From: Podarcis muralis
Taxonomy: Eukaryota
Direction of reading: 5' to 3'
DNA length: 64,000 nucleotides
NCBI RefSeq assembly: GCF_964188315.1
Contig: NC_135667.1
Span: forward strand, 12,772,001-12,836,000
This document shows positions 13,545-26,220 of this stretch, piece by piece. A program made the translations under genes and the position numbers. Below the pieces are notes generated by a model that was not told the origin of the DNA, ran no database searches, and saw only the letters and a program-made list of their open reading frames with translations. How positions within the stretch are numbered: the stretch's first letter is position 1; every line of letters begins with the position of its first letter.

Positions 13545-13578
13545 GACGTTTCGACGAGGTCTCACTCGTCATCTTCAG
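13545..13578 (-). ncRNA. Candidate minimal type-I hammerhead ribozyme motif in the PLE pseudo-LTR (element sense strand)
   Basis: CUGAAGA-U-[GACGAG/UGAGAC loop/CUCGUC]-GAAAC-GUC: catalytic core, 6-bp helix II and a palindromic ACGU helix III. Helix I is weak (2-3 bp). Confidence 0.6.
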
Positions 13579-15552
13579 GCTGGTGCTTTCGGCTTCTTGT
13601 TACTGGAACAGAGCAGGATCTCAGTGTTTGAGTTCCTATAAATACTGTTGAGGTGTGGTGTATAGCCTCCAATGTTCTGGGCAGAGAGGAAGTTCCCAGG
13701 CTAGTGTGCCTCTTCTTCTTTTGTTCCTTAATTACTTGAGGGATATCTTGAGTGATTTCTTGAGTGATATCCTGAGTACCACTTAGGTGGGTCATTAGGT
13801 GTGGATTAGTTGCTAAAGCCTTTGTGTCTTGACCTCTTGAACTTTGTGAAGAGTTTTTCTGAGAAGATGGCTGTACTGCATTTACTTGTGCTCTGGCTTG
13901 GCTTCGTGTATAGGGGCGAGCTGTGGTTTTGTGGCCTGTGCCAGCCAGATCTGTGTAGGGATTGCAGGGGGGTGCAGCATCCGGAGGTGCCACCATGGTT
14001 TGGCTACTGGATGGTGTCTGTAATTTATCTGTGGAGAGGGTCTGGGTTTGGGTCTGGTGTGGTTGATTGGTGATGGCGTTCTGTGTGCCTCTGGATCTGG
14101 TGTCAGTTTTTGTGGGGAGGGCTAATTTCCAGATGTCTGGCAAGCGGGATGTGTCGTCACGCTTGTTCATGTTGTGAGGGTGTTTCTCTATCTCGATGGC
14201 TTCCATGATTATTCTCTTGTGGTGATGTTCCATGTTAAAGAGCAATTTGGAATCTGCAAAATTAATTTCGTGTCCTGTTTCTTTCATGTGTTGGAAAAGA
14301 GAGGAAGTTTTTTCTTCTTTTTTGACGGCATTCTTGTGTTCTGCAATACGTGCATTTATTCGTCTGTTTGTTTGTCCAATGTACGTGGCTGGGCAGACTT
14401 TGCAGGGTATTTCATAGACCCCTTGGTTTTCCAACTGGATTTTATCCTTGGGGTTTCTGAGGATATTGGCTATTTTTTGGTTGGTGCAAAAGGCTGTTTT
14501 GATATTGTGTTTATGGAGGATTTTGCTAATTTTATCTGTAGTGCCCTTGATATAAGGAAGGAGGGCCATGCCATTGTTTTCTTCTGTGTCTTGGTTTTTG
14601 GGGGGTGTTTCTTTTTGGATTAGCTTCGTAACCCTGTTTTTCTGGTATCCATTGGCAATTAACACATTTGAGAGATTCTGTAACTCAGTTGTCAAGTGGT
14701 CTTTGTCAGCCAGGCGTTTGGTTCTGGAGATGAGAGTCTTGGCTACGGAGTTTATTTGTGCAGGGTGGTGGTGTGATTGTGCATGTAAGTAGCGGTTGGT
14801 GTGTGTTTTTTTCCGGTAGATAGTGTGTCCTAGGGAGCCATCAGGTTTTTTGTAGATTAGGACGTCAAGGAAGGGAAGTTGGTTGTTGGCTTCTATTTCC
14901 ATAGTGAATTGTATTTTGGGGTGTAGGCTGTTGAGATGTGTGAGGAAGCTATCCAGTTTTTCCTTCCCGTGTGGCCAAATTACAAAGGTGTCGTCAACAT
15001 ATCTGAGCCAAAGTTTGGGTTTGTGTTCTGACTTGTCTAGAGCATTGGTTTCAAAGTGTTCCATGTACAGGTTTGCGATGACCGGTGAGAGGGGTGATCC
15101 CATAGGTGCTCCTTCTATCTGTTTGTATCTTTGTCCATTGTGGATGAAGTACGTGTTGGTTAGGCAGTGGTTGGTCAGGTCCAAGATGTATTCGGGGGGA
15201 TTGTATTTGTTTTGAATGGCTGTCAAGGCTTCATTAATGGGCACTTGTGTGAAGAGAGATACAACATCGAAGCTCACAAGTAGGTCATTGGGATGTAGGT
15301 TTTGCTTCTTTATTGTTTCTATGAACTGGAAGGAGTTTGGAACGTGTGAAGAGATGGATTCTGCATAGGGCTGAAGTTGCTTGGCGAGAAATTTAGTAAT
15401 TAAGGAACAAAAGAAGAAGAGGCACACTAGCCTGGGAACTTCCTCTCTGCCCAGAACATTGGAGGCTATACACCACACCTCAACAGTATTTATAGGAACT
15501 CAAACACTGAGGTCCTGCTCTGTTCCAGTAACAAGAAGCCGAAAGCACCAGC

Positions 15553-15586
15553 CTGAAGATGACGAGTGAGACCTCGTCGAAACGTC
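15553..15586 (+). ncRNA. Second copy of the same hammerhead motif in the inverted pseudo-LTR
   Basis: CTGAAGATGACGAGTGAGACCTCGTCGAAACGTC read directly on the + strand. Confidence 0.6.
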
Positions 15587-15759
15587 GCCTAGACACCCCA
15601 ACTTTTACACGGGAAGACACCCGAGGACACCAAAACCTGCATTCCTGTACCCGTGAAAATCTACGAAAGCATATATATATATATATATATATAGGAATGA
15701 GATCTAAGCCTATGATGGAGGGGTTCACAGCATTAACACCCCTAAAGGGTCTCATTTTT

Positions 15760-15849
15760 CTCTTAGCTGTACCCTTGGATTAAAAAAGACATCAAACATT
15801 GCTCTCTTAGCTGTACCCTTGGATTAAAAAAGACATCAAACATTGCTCT
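15760..15849. repeat. 44-bp perfect tandem duplication
   Basis: CTCTTAGCTGTACCCTTGGATTAAAAAAGACATCAAACATTGCT occurs twice; paralogues have a single copy. Confidence 0.9.
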
Positions 15850-16736
15850 ATGACTCTTTCTGATTTATTTCTAGGTTGCATCACTGCAAACTCCCAACTC
15901 TAAACCCGGGCTTTGTCTTTTGAACCAGTTGAGGGAGGGGCCCCCAACCATTTCCTGTCTCACATAGAGCCCCCTTTCCTTTGTTCTCCTAATGGCCCAT
16001 CACCCAGGCAATCACCTCAACACAGGAAGGTAGCCTGGCTTATATTTTAACACTTGCTCAATCCTGGGGTTAGAAGGTTCTGACATGCAGCCAACTTCCC
16101 CCTATCCAAGCCCAAATTCATAAGAGTATATAAAATGATATAATGTTAAAAGCTAAATTGCAAGTCAGCAAGAAGAAGAAGTAGCAGAATATAGGTTATT
16201 CCTGTACGATGAATGATTTTATGCCTTTAGAAAGATAATATTTGAAGGTAGGAGATCCCTGTATAAGAATTTTGTTTCATTAGATGTTTCATAATGTGAC
16301 TCCAAAGCTTTCCAAAAGATTCTGCTACCATGCATGAAGGTGTAAATTTGGAGTTCATTGGAGTCTCCTGACCTTCTTCATCAAATAGATGCACTGGACT
16401 TCTCTTTCCCTATCTCTAACTTACTTGAGGTGTCTCTTCCTAATTGGTTCCCCGGATCTTTCTCTGTTTCTCATTGATAACTTTGTGCTCAATTCCTTGT
16501 CATGCTGTTCCAGCTTGATCAGCAGATTTGATCAGCGAGTTTGGTCTTATACAATGAACCCACCCTTTCCTCATCTCGACAATGTGACAATGTGATGGAT
16601 GGACACAAATTCCCAGCCTGTACACTGAAGAAAAGAAATACTCTTGTGCTTTTTTTCAAGACCTCCTTCTAATTAATAGATCCCTATCATTCAGTTCTGG
16701 TCTCAATAAAATAATGTAGTACAAATGTACTAGTGT

Positions 16737-17897
16737 GCCAGTGTGGTGTAGTGGTTAAGGGCGGTAGTCTCGTAATCTGGGGAACCGGTTTCGCGTCTCC
16801 GCTCCTCCACATGCAGCTGCTGGGTGACCTTGGGCTAGTCACACTTCTTTGTGTTTTTTTTTTTTTTTTTGCAAAAATTGTATTAGTTTTTACAATATCA
16901 GCGACAAACAAAAACATAAAACAAACAAAACATAACAAACATAAATCATAACCTTATTGAAAATAACAGTTATTTACTTTGCAAAATGACTTCCTCATTT
17001 CCCCTTAGTTGAATTTCATTGCATATCCTTATAAAGGTTTTCCAAATCCCAATTTTAATACCCTTTAAATTAAACATTAACATCTTTAAATCTTCTCCTT
17101 CTTGTATTAGACATATTATTTTATCAGTTAACATAAATACAATCCTAAGCCCATTAAGTATCTGGACGCTATTTCCAGTTATTTTAGCTTAACAAATTTA
17201 GCTAAATAATCATTAAATTTCTTCCGTTCTTCGTGGTGTTCCTCCTCCTTCTGGTCGCGGACTCTTCTTGTTAGGTCGGCTAGCTCCATACAATCCATCA
17301 TCTTCATCTGCCATTCTTCAACTGTTGGTAATTCTTGAGTTTTCCACTTTTTAGCTAACAAAATACGAGCCGCAGTTGTGGCATACAAAAATAGATCAAC
17401 ATCTTTCTTGGGCAATTCTGAACCTGTTATTTCAAGAAGAAAGGCCTCTGGTTTCTTTATAAATGTATATTTCAACATTTTTTTCAATTCATTATAAATC
17501 TTTCCCCAGAAGTCTTTCACCTTGGGGCAGGTCCACCACATATGAAAGAATGATCCTTCCTTTTCTTTACATTTCCAACATGTATTATCACAATTATGAT
17601 ACATCTTTGCTAATTTTACAGGAGTCAAATACCATCTATACATCATCTTCATAATATTTTCCTTTAACAAAGTACATGCGGTGAACTTCACCCCTTTCTT
17701 CCACAATCTTTCCCAGTCCTCAAACATTATATTATGTCCTAAATCTCTTGTCCACACACTTCTTTGAAGTCTCTCAGCCCCACTCACCTCACAGAGTGTT
17801 TGTTGTGGGGGAGGAAGGGAAAGGAGAATGTTAGCTGCTTTGAGATTCCTTAAAGGGAGTGAAAGGCGGGATATCAAATCCAAACTCTTCTTCTTCT
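16737..17897 (+). mobile_element. tRNA-headed SINE (about 246 bp, (CTT)n tail) split in two by an L1 insertion
   Basis: The 5' half (16737-16851) has A-box-like TGGTGTAGTGG and B-box-like GGTTTCGCGTCTCC. The 3' half (17767-17897) ends AAACTCTTCTTCTTCT. Confidence 0.85.
16852..17754 (-). mobile_element. L1-clade LINE 3' fragment, 903 bp
   Basis: Open ORF2 C-terminus with zinc knuckle CWKC...HMWWTC. Poly-A tail (poly-T on + near 16854-16870). 12-bp TSD CACACTTCTTTG at 16840-16851 and 17755-17766. Confidence 0.92.
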
Positions 17898-19019
17898 AAT
17901 AATAATATGGAAGTGGGGGGAGGAGATTTCTGGCCATTCTATTTTCCATATGTGCAGGAAGTGTTGGGAGATGCATGTACACATAATCTACCCCTGAACC
18001 TCTAAAAACATGCGCATATGAGAAGTGAATCTGTTTTGGGAGTTAAGACACATGCTGCCCTGAAAATGTGCCTAAACAGTTCTAAACCCAGAAATTTACA
18101 ACACAGACAATTTCAAAAGCTAACTTTTATTACAGAGGAAATAAGGTTTCAGCCCCTATTTTCTAATCAATGCAATGCAATACTTCCATGCATGCATTTT
18201 AATTCTAATATTCTAATTCATTCCTACTCCTTAAATCTCAGTATGAACCACTTCTGGGGAGCCCCACGGGATCATTAGGAGGGGCTGCTCTTCTTGTACA
18301 TTGCCACCAAGGATGCAGCCCAGTGCTCCTTCTTAGTGCTATATTTTGGGTGCTTGGCATATTTTCCTCCCTTTAAATTAGTTGGTAATTAGTTGGTAAT
18401 TTATTTAGCTCTTTCCCTTTCTTTAATGTGGTCGTGGTAATTGTCTATCTATGGTGCTAAGGGCAAATGACTATAACAAGTTGCCCCTAGAGTTATATTT
18501 AATGTATATAAACCTTTTCCCCAACTTAAAGTGGTGACATGAGTCTTCCTTGGTGCGGGTGTGATGGCAAAGCAATGTTACTCAGATTGACTGTCAGATT
18601 TGCAGTTTTGAAGAAAGCAAGTGGGGAAAAAGATATGGGGGACTCAGTGCGTTGAAACAGTGCAAGTAGTGGAGATTTTCAGGTAATAGACATCTGCACA
18701 GCCTACCTGATCTGGGGGTGCAATCTCGGGCCCTGAATTGGGCTGGCTGAGGGAAACAACTGCCCTGCCTTGCATCAATCCTCACAGCAATTTGGGCGTA
18801 GGGCTAATATTTAATTGATGTTTTAAAAATTCTAATTAAAGTTGGGAGAGGTCAGGGAAAGGAGACACACCACCTCCTTCCCACTTTCCAGCTGACAGCA
18901 GAGGAGGGTTAAATCCCGTGGGGTGGTAGCCTGAAAAGGATTCTGGATACTACTTTTCAGGGATAAATAGAAATGGCTTTACTAGATATTATGGCCAATG
19001 ACATAGACATTTGATTTCT

Positions 19020-22000
19020 TCAGGATTTTTTTCTTATCAGGTGCTCCCTACTGTTCAGCTCAGGCCTCAGCAAAATAATGTAACATTTGGGGGAAAAGAT
19101 GCAACCCAACAAGCCAGCACTGGAGGCTAAGATAGAGAAGATCTCCACAGCCACCATGTATTTCCCCTTTGTGCTCATGTAGGAAGGAACAAAGGATAAC
19201 CAAACACTGCAAAAGACCAACATGCTGAAAGTGATGAACTTGGCTTCGTTGAAACTGTCAGGTAATTTCCGGGCAAGGAAAGCCACAGTGAAACTGACCA
19301 CAGCTAGGAAGCCCATGTAGCCCAAGACACAGTAAAAGAAAGTCACAGTCCCCTCATTGCACTCCAGTACAATTTCTTCAACCACTGACTTCATATCAAC
19401 ATTAGGGAATGGAGGAGAGATCACCAGCCACAGAGTGCAGATGAGTGCTTGGAAAAGGGAGCAGGAAAGGACAATAGAGTTTGCCAGTCCCTTCCCCACC
19501 CACTTCCTCATCCGGGATCCTGGTTTTGTGGCCATGAAAGCCAGAACCACAGTGATGGTTTTTGCCAGCACACAAGAAACAGCCACTGAGAAGATGATGC
19601 CAAAAGCAGTTTGTCGGAGGAGACACGTCACCTTGTCAGGATATCCGATGAACAGTAATGCAGAAAGGAAGCAAAGCAAGAGGGAGATGAGCAGAGCGTA
19701 GGTGAGGTCCCGGTTGTTGGCTTTCACAACAGGAGTGTCCCTGTGCTTCACAAATATTTCTAGTACCAGTGCTGTAATGAAAGCAAAGGAAAGAGCAGAA
19801 GAGGCTAAGCTGAGGCCCAGAGGTTCTTCAAAGGACAAGAAAGTTGCACGCTTGGGAAGACATATAGTCTTATTTTTATTCGGATACTTTTCATCTTCAC
19901 ATTCATAGCAGTCGTTCATGTCTGAGAAAGAAAAACATGGTTCTTAATCCCAAAAATATGACCAGCATGCAACTACTCTTCCTCTATTTTTTCATTTCAA
20001 CATTTGGACCAGTTTTTTAAAAAAATTGAAGTATGTTAATTTGAATATATAATAAAAGTGATTTAAAAAGCATAAAAGGAGTTCCAAACAATAGATACTT
20101 AAAATTATGGAACCATGCCCCTTTATCCTATCTGATGTAGAATATTGATTGAGGCAAAATGCAAAAAGGAGGGCCAAAAAGACCCTTCCTGATCTGCAGC
20201 CAGAAGCCAACTCAAATTTACCTGTCACTGATTTAGTTGCTCACACTTACTTACTCCTTATTTAAGTAGTGATTGTGTAATTCAGACTTTGCAAATTTCT
20301 ACATTAGTTGACCAAATCAACACATTTCAACTGTTTTGTGGATTTAAGTATTTCACACGTCTCCAAACCTTATGCCACTATTCCCCAAAGTTTAAGGGCA
20401 TCAAAATGCATGTTTAAATATGTTACCAGAAAACAAGTGCACACTGAAATATTATTTGTATGGAAAAAATATTTGTCTAAACACATTTTAAGAGAAAATG
20501 CAGGGTTAAGTATGTAATAAATCAAACAAATTATGGGCAAACATATGTGAAAGTAACAAGGATTCAGCCAACTGTATCCAAAGTGTCAAAACAGATTTCA
20601 AGGACTGCTGTAGAAGATGATTTCAGAAATAAGGACAAATAGTATGCCAAGGTGATGGTGTAATTAAATCCAGGAGTAAATTAAGACAGCATAAAGTGCA
20701 CCAGATGCAAAATCCATTCAGGAGGAGGGCTGCCGCTGCGTGAGCTGGCTAAAGAGTGTCAGAGAGTAAACAAGCTTTTTAAATAGGATTACACCACCCT
20801 TTTCTTTGGCTTAATTTAGGCTGGATTTCCAGATCATGTGACCAAGCAGAATAGCCTTCATGCATTGTATTCTAAGGACACCCCCCACCATGGTCTCAAC
20901 CCTATATGATATTTCCAGCTGTTACAGAATGCTCATTCTGGCTCATCTGAAAATGCACTTTATACTAATCCTGTTCACCCTGGTGGAGCTTGCTATAGGA
21001 TTCTTCCTTAATAATAGCATTCAACATCACAAATTATCACACACACACTTTCATTAGGTCCCTGTTCTGCTGGATTTCTAAATATTTCATAAGCTGTAAA
21101 AAGGAGCCTTGGTGATTGCATAATTTTATATGCATGTTCTCGATTAGAGGCAAAAAGGTATAAATATATACAGTAAATTTCTTACCCTCCTGGTCTGAAA
21201 TCTTCCCTTCTGGACATGGGATGCAATCATAGCAGCAAAATGCTTCCCCCTCCTTCACTTTCCTGCAAAAACCAGGGTGGCAGCTCTCAGTACATACAGA
21301 ATTAGGCTGTGTCTAAAACACAAATGAAAGAGAGAGATGTATAAAATAAGTGGACTCAAAGAAAAGCTAACAAGGGAAGTTGAGCTCTTACCTCTTTTAC
21401 TGAAATATTTATACCTGCAGGCCATAGTTCTATCTAGGAATATAACAACCAGAGGTTATAGGGATTAGCCTTTTTTTATGGGGCTTATGTAAAAGTCAAT
21501 GTCACATCATTTTTCTTCCTTGTTAAAGCATAGTCATAAATTTGGGATACAGGCACAGATGTGTGGGGGCCCAAATATTTCAAGTACTATCTAGGTTGGC
21601 CCTTTGGGTGTAATTTGTATTTATATTGTTATATGCCACACCAGTCTCCGAGAAGTGAGAGAATATGGGGTGGTTTTCCCAGGAGTTTGATTTTCTTTTA
21701 AAGAAGGCCAGTGGAGAGCACAGTCTTTAGTATACATGGCTTTTATTAAACATTTAAATATATAGCTTTATTGTTCTGCAAGCTTCCCTTTATGTGTTCT
21801 CCTCTCACTGATGCAAGATCCCAGGATTGGACAGGGAACCAAGGTTTCATCCAGACTGATCCTCCAAACTCATAACAATATATTCAGTACCATCAAAATC
21901 TATTTAGAATTCCCTTCTTCAAGTTGTCAATTTATACATTCACTATCAGTGAAACAAGAACCAGTATACAGGCTGTGCATTCAGCTTATAACATTAATTC

Positions 22001-25000
22001 ATAGCTTGTGCTATCTTTCATCCAGTTTTATGAAGACTGACCAATGTACAATGAAAATATTTTTGTATGTTATGTTCAAGCCTTCAAAGTCACAAATGGC
22101 TAATGGTAATATCCTACCTGGTTAAACCAATGGTGCCATTTTATGGCTCCCTCCTTGATGGTCAACGCTTGATGTGGAGGAGCCAGGGAATCCACCCCTC
22201 CTACCTTCACTCTCTGAAAGGACTGGTTGGAGGAAACGATCCAATTGGTAATATCAAATCCAGCTAGTATCTCCCCATTCTGGTCCAAGGAAATCTTATC
22301 CCCTGCGCTGTTGTTAAATGAGATACCCCTCAGAAAATGATGGAGCTGGATTGAAAGAGAAAGTATAGAAAAGGCTTCAATTCAGCAAAGGACAATCATG
22401 ATTTTTACTATCATGGCACGTTTCCCAATATCCACCTTGGAGGAAAGCAGTTTTTTTTTCATATTTCTATTTTTATATATATATATAAGATGTAAGCAAA
22501 GCTTTATTCACATTTTGAAGTTCATTTCAAATTAAAGATTTTAAGATCTCCAGAAGCAAATGCACACAGTCATAAAAACTTTATTAACAAAAAGTAGGAG
22601 ATCTGTTCATTTTGTTGTCTAAAATATGTAACTTTGCTCTCTATAGACTCTATATGCTATGCTATGTGATATATTATTCCATTTATATGCCAATTTCAGA
22701 TGTAAATGGGGAATCAGCCCCATGCTCATCTAAGAGGTTGAGCATGATAAAGGCAAAATCTACAAGTTGGCTATATCGTGCTTGGATAGAATTCATTTCT
22801 TTTTGTTCTCTTTCAGTATTTCTACCTTAAGTTCAAACAGTTTAAAAGAAGAAATCTAAAACATTTAAATAGCAGTAAAATGAAAGGAGATTAAAGTACA
22901 TCAATACCCATTTGTCTAGGTAGGCATGCCGGAAAAAAACCATGTTTTAAGCAGGTGCCTAAATAAATACAGTGAAGGTGTCTGTCTGATGTCAATAGGC
23001 AGGGAAGTCCAGTAGGCTGAACTTGAACCTAGAAAAGCAGGTGGAGAAGTTCCCATTTGCCTTTATATGCATTTCAAGAGAGATAAAGCAACCATCTCAT
23101 GCCCAAAGGGTAGTGAATAGAGGAAGTGGTTTGGGGGCAGCTGGGGAAGATTTCAAGAGCACTGCTGCACCCACATTGTTGACCCCTGCTGTGGTTGCAT
23201 AGGAAAGGTATAAAACCAAAGTTTGCAAATGTATAAAATCAAAGGCTTTTGAAACTCTTTCATCAAGGGTATTCAACCCATTACCTGCCACAGATGTTGA
23301 TTCTGAAATTCCATTCCTTCCCTGATCATTACTGGTCTGTGTTTGCCTCGGGATGTAGACATGGCATGTAAAGCATGGGCCACAGCATAGACAGCATTGT
23401 AGATGTTGTAGCTGTGGCTGGTCATGCTCATTTCAAAGAAAGGACCAGGAAGATTCTCCAGCTTCTCTTGCCCAGTGCAAATATCTCCCTTCACACTGCT
23501 AACAACTCGATTTGGAAATACACAGCCAAATGCCTGTTGCCAGAAGTCCAAAATGAAGCCATCTCCTTTTGGGCTGGAAGGGGTTTTGCTCTGGACAAAT
23601 TGACGAAATCCTGGTGGATCATTTGAGTGAGTTGTGAATGAGAGAACCCCATGGAGTATTTCTGTATCCCAAGTCTGTTGATAGACAAAAGAAGTGAGCT
23701 CCACCTGGGCTGTCATAATCCACACTTTACCTTTTGGGGTATTTGAACTTTGTTCCAGTTCTGATAGGTAAGGCAACCATCTAAAAAATGCCAGAGCATA
23801 AGATTCTCCATAAAACAAGACTACATTGGCTTTGCTATCATTTATTCTGTCATTTATTTTTGCCCCCAGTTTAAACATAACGTTAATTTCAGTAACATAA
23901 GTAGGTTTGTGACTTCTTTCTATGAAGGCGAAACAGATGCCACTCTGGGAAAAAAGGGGAACCACAGTTTGCACAAATCTTTCTGCATTCTCGTCATAGA
24001 AAGTCAGGATCCCAATCCATATCCACTGGAAATGCAGAAGCAAAGACAGGATCCCCTTATACTGGTGGGCTTCCTTAGGCACCATCTGGTAGAAGAAAAG
24101 GCCTGGGGTTTTATCATTCATCACTGGAGCAGGGCCATATATCAGCTAAACGTAGTTGTGGTAGGAGGAGAAAGAGACAGAAGCAACAATAACTTAGCTT
24201 TGTGTATTATGAGCAACTTTGGGGCAATTTCCATTTGGGCCTTCCAGTCCTTGCCATTTGGACTGCCCATGATATTTCTGCTTAGCCAAGTGACAATCAC
24301 CTGCCAGTCACCTGTTATCATATATCAGGCATTGGCTAGACCTGAAGGGACATCTTAAGTAATAACTTATGTGCTAAAAATACTTTATTTCTTAGCTTGG
24401 ATCTACCATTAGAAGGGCCCATCTCATTATTTGAAATGTGCACATTTATTAATCCAAATCTACCTGGATGTTCCCATAACTTGACAGAGATATATATATA
24501 TATCTCACCTGTGGAACCTTATAGATATCCAAGATTGTTGCCACATGAAGGGAAGTTTGGGAGTCCAGTCCCCCAATGATGGCTATCAAGTTTTTCTTGA
24601 TGTCACAGATGTAGTTGGGGACAAATGTTTCCAGTGTGGATATGAGCAACATTGTGGCATGAGAGGTCCATTTGGCATTGAAATAGCTGTCATAAATGTC
24701 GAAGCCTAAAGTGACATTGGGTAAGAGCTGAGGGTTTTCGTTGATCTCCTTTACTGCAAATTGCAAGGCCAGAATGTGCTGGTAATTCTTAGGCACCACA
24801 CTAAAGACAGAGTTTTACAACTCAGTTGAACCTCATTCTCATTAGTATTATTTATTACTGCAATTATTTAACTTTTTTTTTTACAGGGGAGGAAACTCTT
24901 GAGCAGATATCACTACAAGGAATCCTGCTACTTGCTCATAAGGGATGTAGGGGAAAATTATATGGGAGGGGAGCACAGTCTTTAAAATATCCCTGATATA

Positions 25001-25482
25001 CTGGTACATTTTACATTTCTCCCACATCACATCTCTTTTCACCCAAACAGTAATTCTGCCTCTAGGACAAGGGTGGAGAACTGTGGCCCTCCAGATGTTG
25101 CTCTACTACAATGTCTATTATTATTGCTGGACATTACTGGCTGGAACTGATGGAGTCCAACAACCAGTGCAAGCCCACAGTTTAGTCACCCTTCCTCTAA
25201 ATCTCATCACTTCAGTGTCGAAATAAGCAATCAAAATGCAGAAATGAAATTATCCAGTTCTTACTTTAGCTCTTCCAGCAATGTTGGTGGGGGTTTTTCG
25301 GTGAAGGCTATTGAAATGGAGACGATGATGCTGTGAGAGGCTATGCCACCAATGATGAGGTCTCCTTCCCAGTGATACCGATGAAGTGGATTGTATGGAT
25401 CATGGACATGGCATTTAACAATGGGAGACTTGCATATTGCATGAGGCAGTAGAATCAGCAGCAAGACCATTAATGCCACCAT
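19020..25482 (-). CDS. Vmn2r: V2R receptor, copy B (6 exons, 875 aa, apparently intact)
   Basis: Exons 25482-25265, 24800-24509, 24145-23285, 22345-22118, 21312-21186 and 19921-19020. Same sizes as copy A, canonical splice sites, C-terminus RKKS*. Confidence 0.95.
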
Positions 25483-26140
25483 CCTTGGTACAGTTTCCCT
25501 CTATAAACTAAGATCCCCCTAGTAGTGTTACAGCTTATGAGACTGAAGTAGTCTGACCTAGTTGGCCTTTTAGTCTGCTCATATATCTGAAATCCAGAAT
25601 GTGAAAACTGGGGGAGGTGGGGGGGGGGGAATAGTGATGACACTGATGGATCTTTGCTGGTTTCTGATTCCCACCTCCAGCTGTGATTTCTGGAGGTAAT
25701 ATATTTTTATTAGCCTCATCCAACATTTTATCCCTCAGATGTTTTGGGCCACGATTCACTGCATTCTAAGCTGGCTGCAGGTGCTGGGGTTGTAATCCCA
25801 AACAGTCCAAGGGCACCAATCTTTTATAGGCTCAATTATAGTACCTTTCACAGACTTTCTCATTAGCTTTGATAGTGTACTGTGCAATACCATGAGGTGC
25901 TTTGACAAGTGGGAACTTTAATTACAGTTCTTTTGATAATTAATGGGAAGATAGTCACTTGTGTGTCTTTCTTAACAGAAGTTTTTATTTCCTCTTAGCT
26001 GCATGAGATTTTGACTTACAATGATAAACAACAAGAAAAAAAATCACTGGAAATCATAGCACCAGCTTATTGAAATTCTGACATGGAAAGAAGAAACCTA
26101 GGGAGAGGAGGAGCTTTCAACTACTTACAATGCATTCAAA

Positions 26141-26220
26141 TTCAAATGGTCTTTAAGGTGCTACTGGAAGGATTTTTTTTTGTTTTGACTATGGCAGACC
26201 AACACGGCTACCCATCTGTA
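26141..26220. mobile_element. 80-bp Penelope-like pseudo-LTR tip upstream of gene B
   Basis: Matches the element at 235-438 (TGGTCTTTAAGGTGCTACTGGAAGG...CTATGGCAGACCAACACGGCTACC). Flanked by a 12-bp duplication AATGCATTCAAA. Empty site in the gene A upstream region near 12995. Confidence 0.75.

Larger units (their letters stand above)
13491..15670 (-). mobile_element. Penelope-like retroelement (RT + GIY-YIG endonuclease), 5'-truncated, with an inverted pseudo-LTR
   Basis: ORF with RT motifs SFDVVSLFT, GAPMGSPLSP, WLRYVDDTF and LPFLDV, plus GIY-YIG GVYEIPC...YIGQT. The genuine coding part is about 15394-13562. 13491-13736 and 15395-15640 are inverted copies with 1 mismatch. Flanked on both sides by (AT)n. 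Confidence 0.95.

Noticed and set aside
15395-15478. N-terminal 28 aa of the 638-aa PLE ORF, suggesting a complete gene
   Set aside because: These codons come from the inverted pseudo-LTR. The true ORF is 5'-truncated within the RT region, so the element is not autonomous.
16737-16810. tRNA-like A/B boxes here and at 8831 and 47575
   Set aside because: These are SINE heads continuing into SINE bodies and tails, not cloverleaf tRNA genes.
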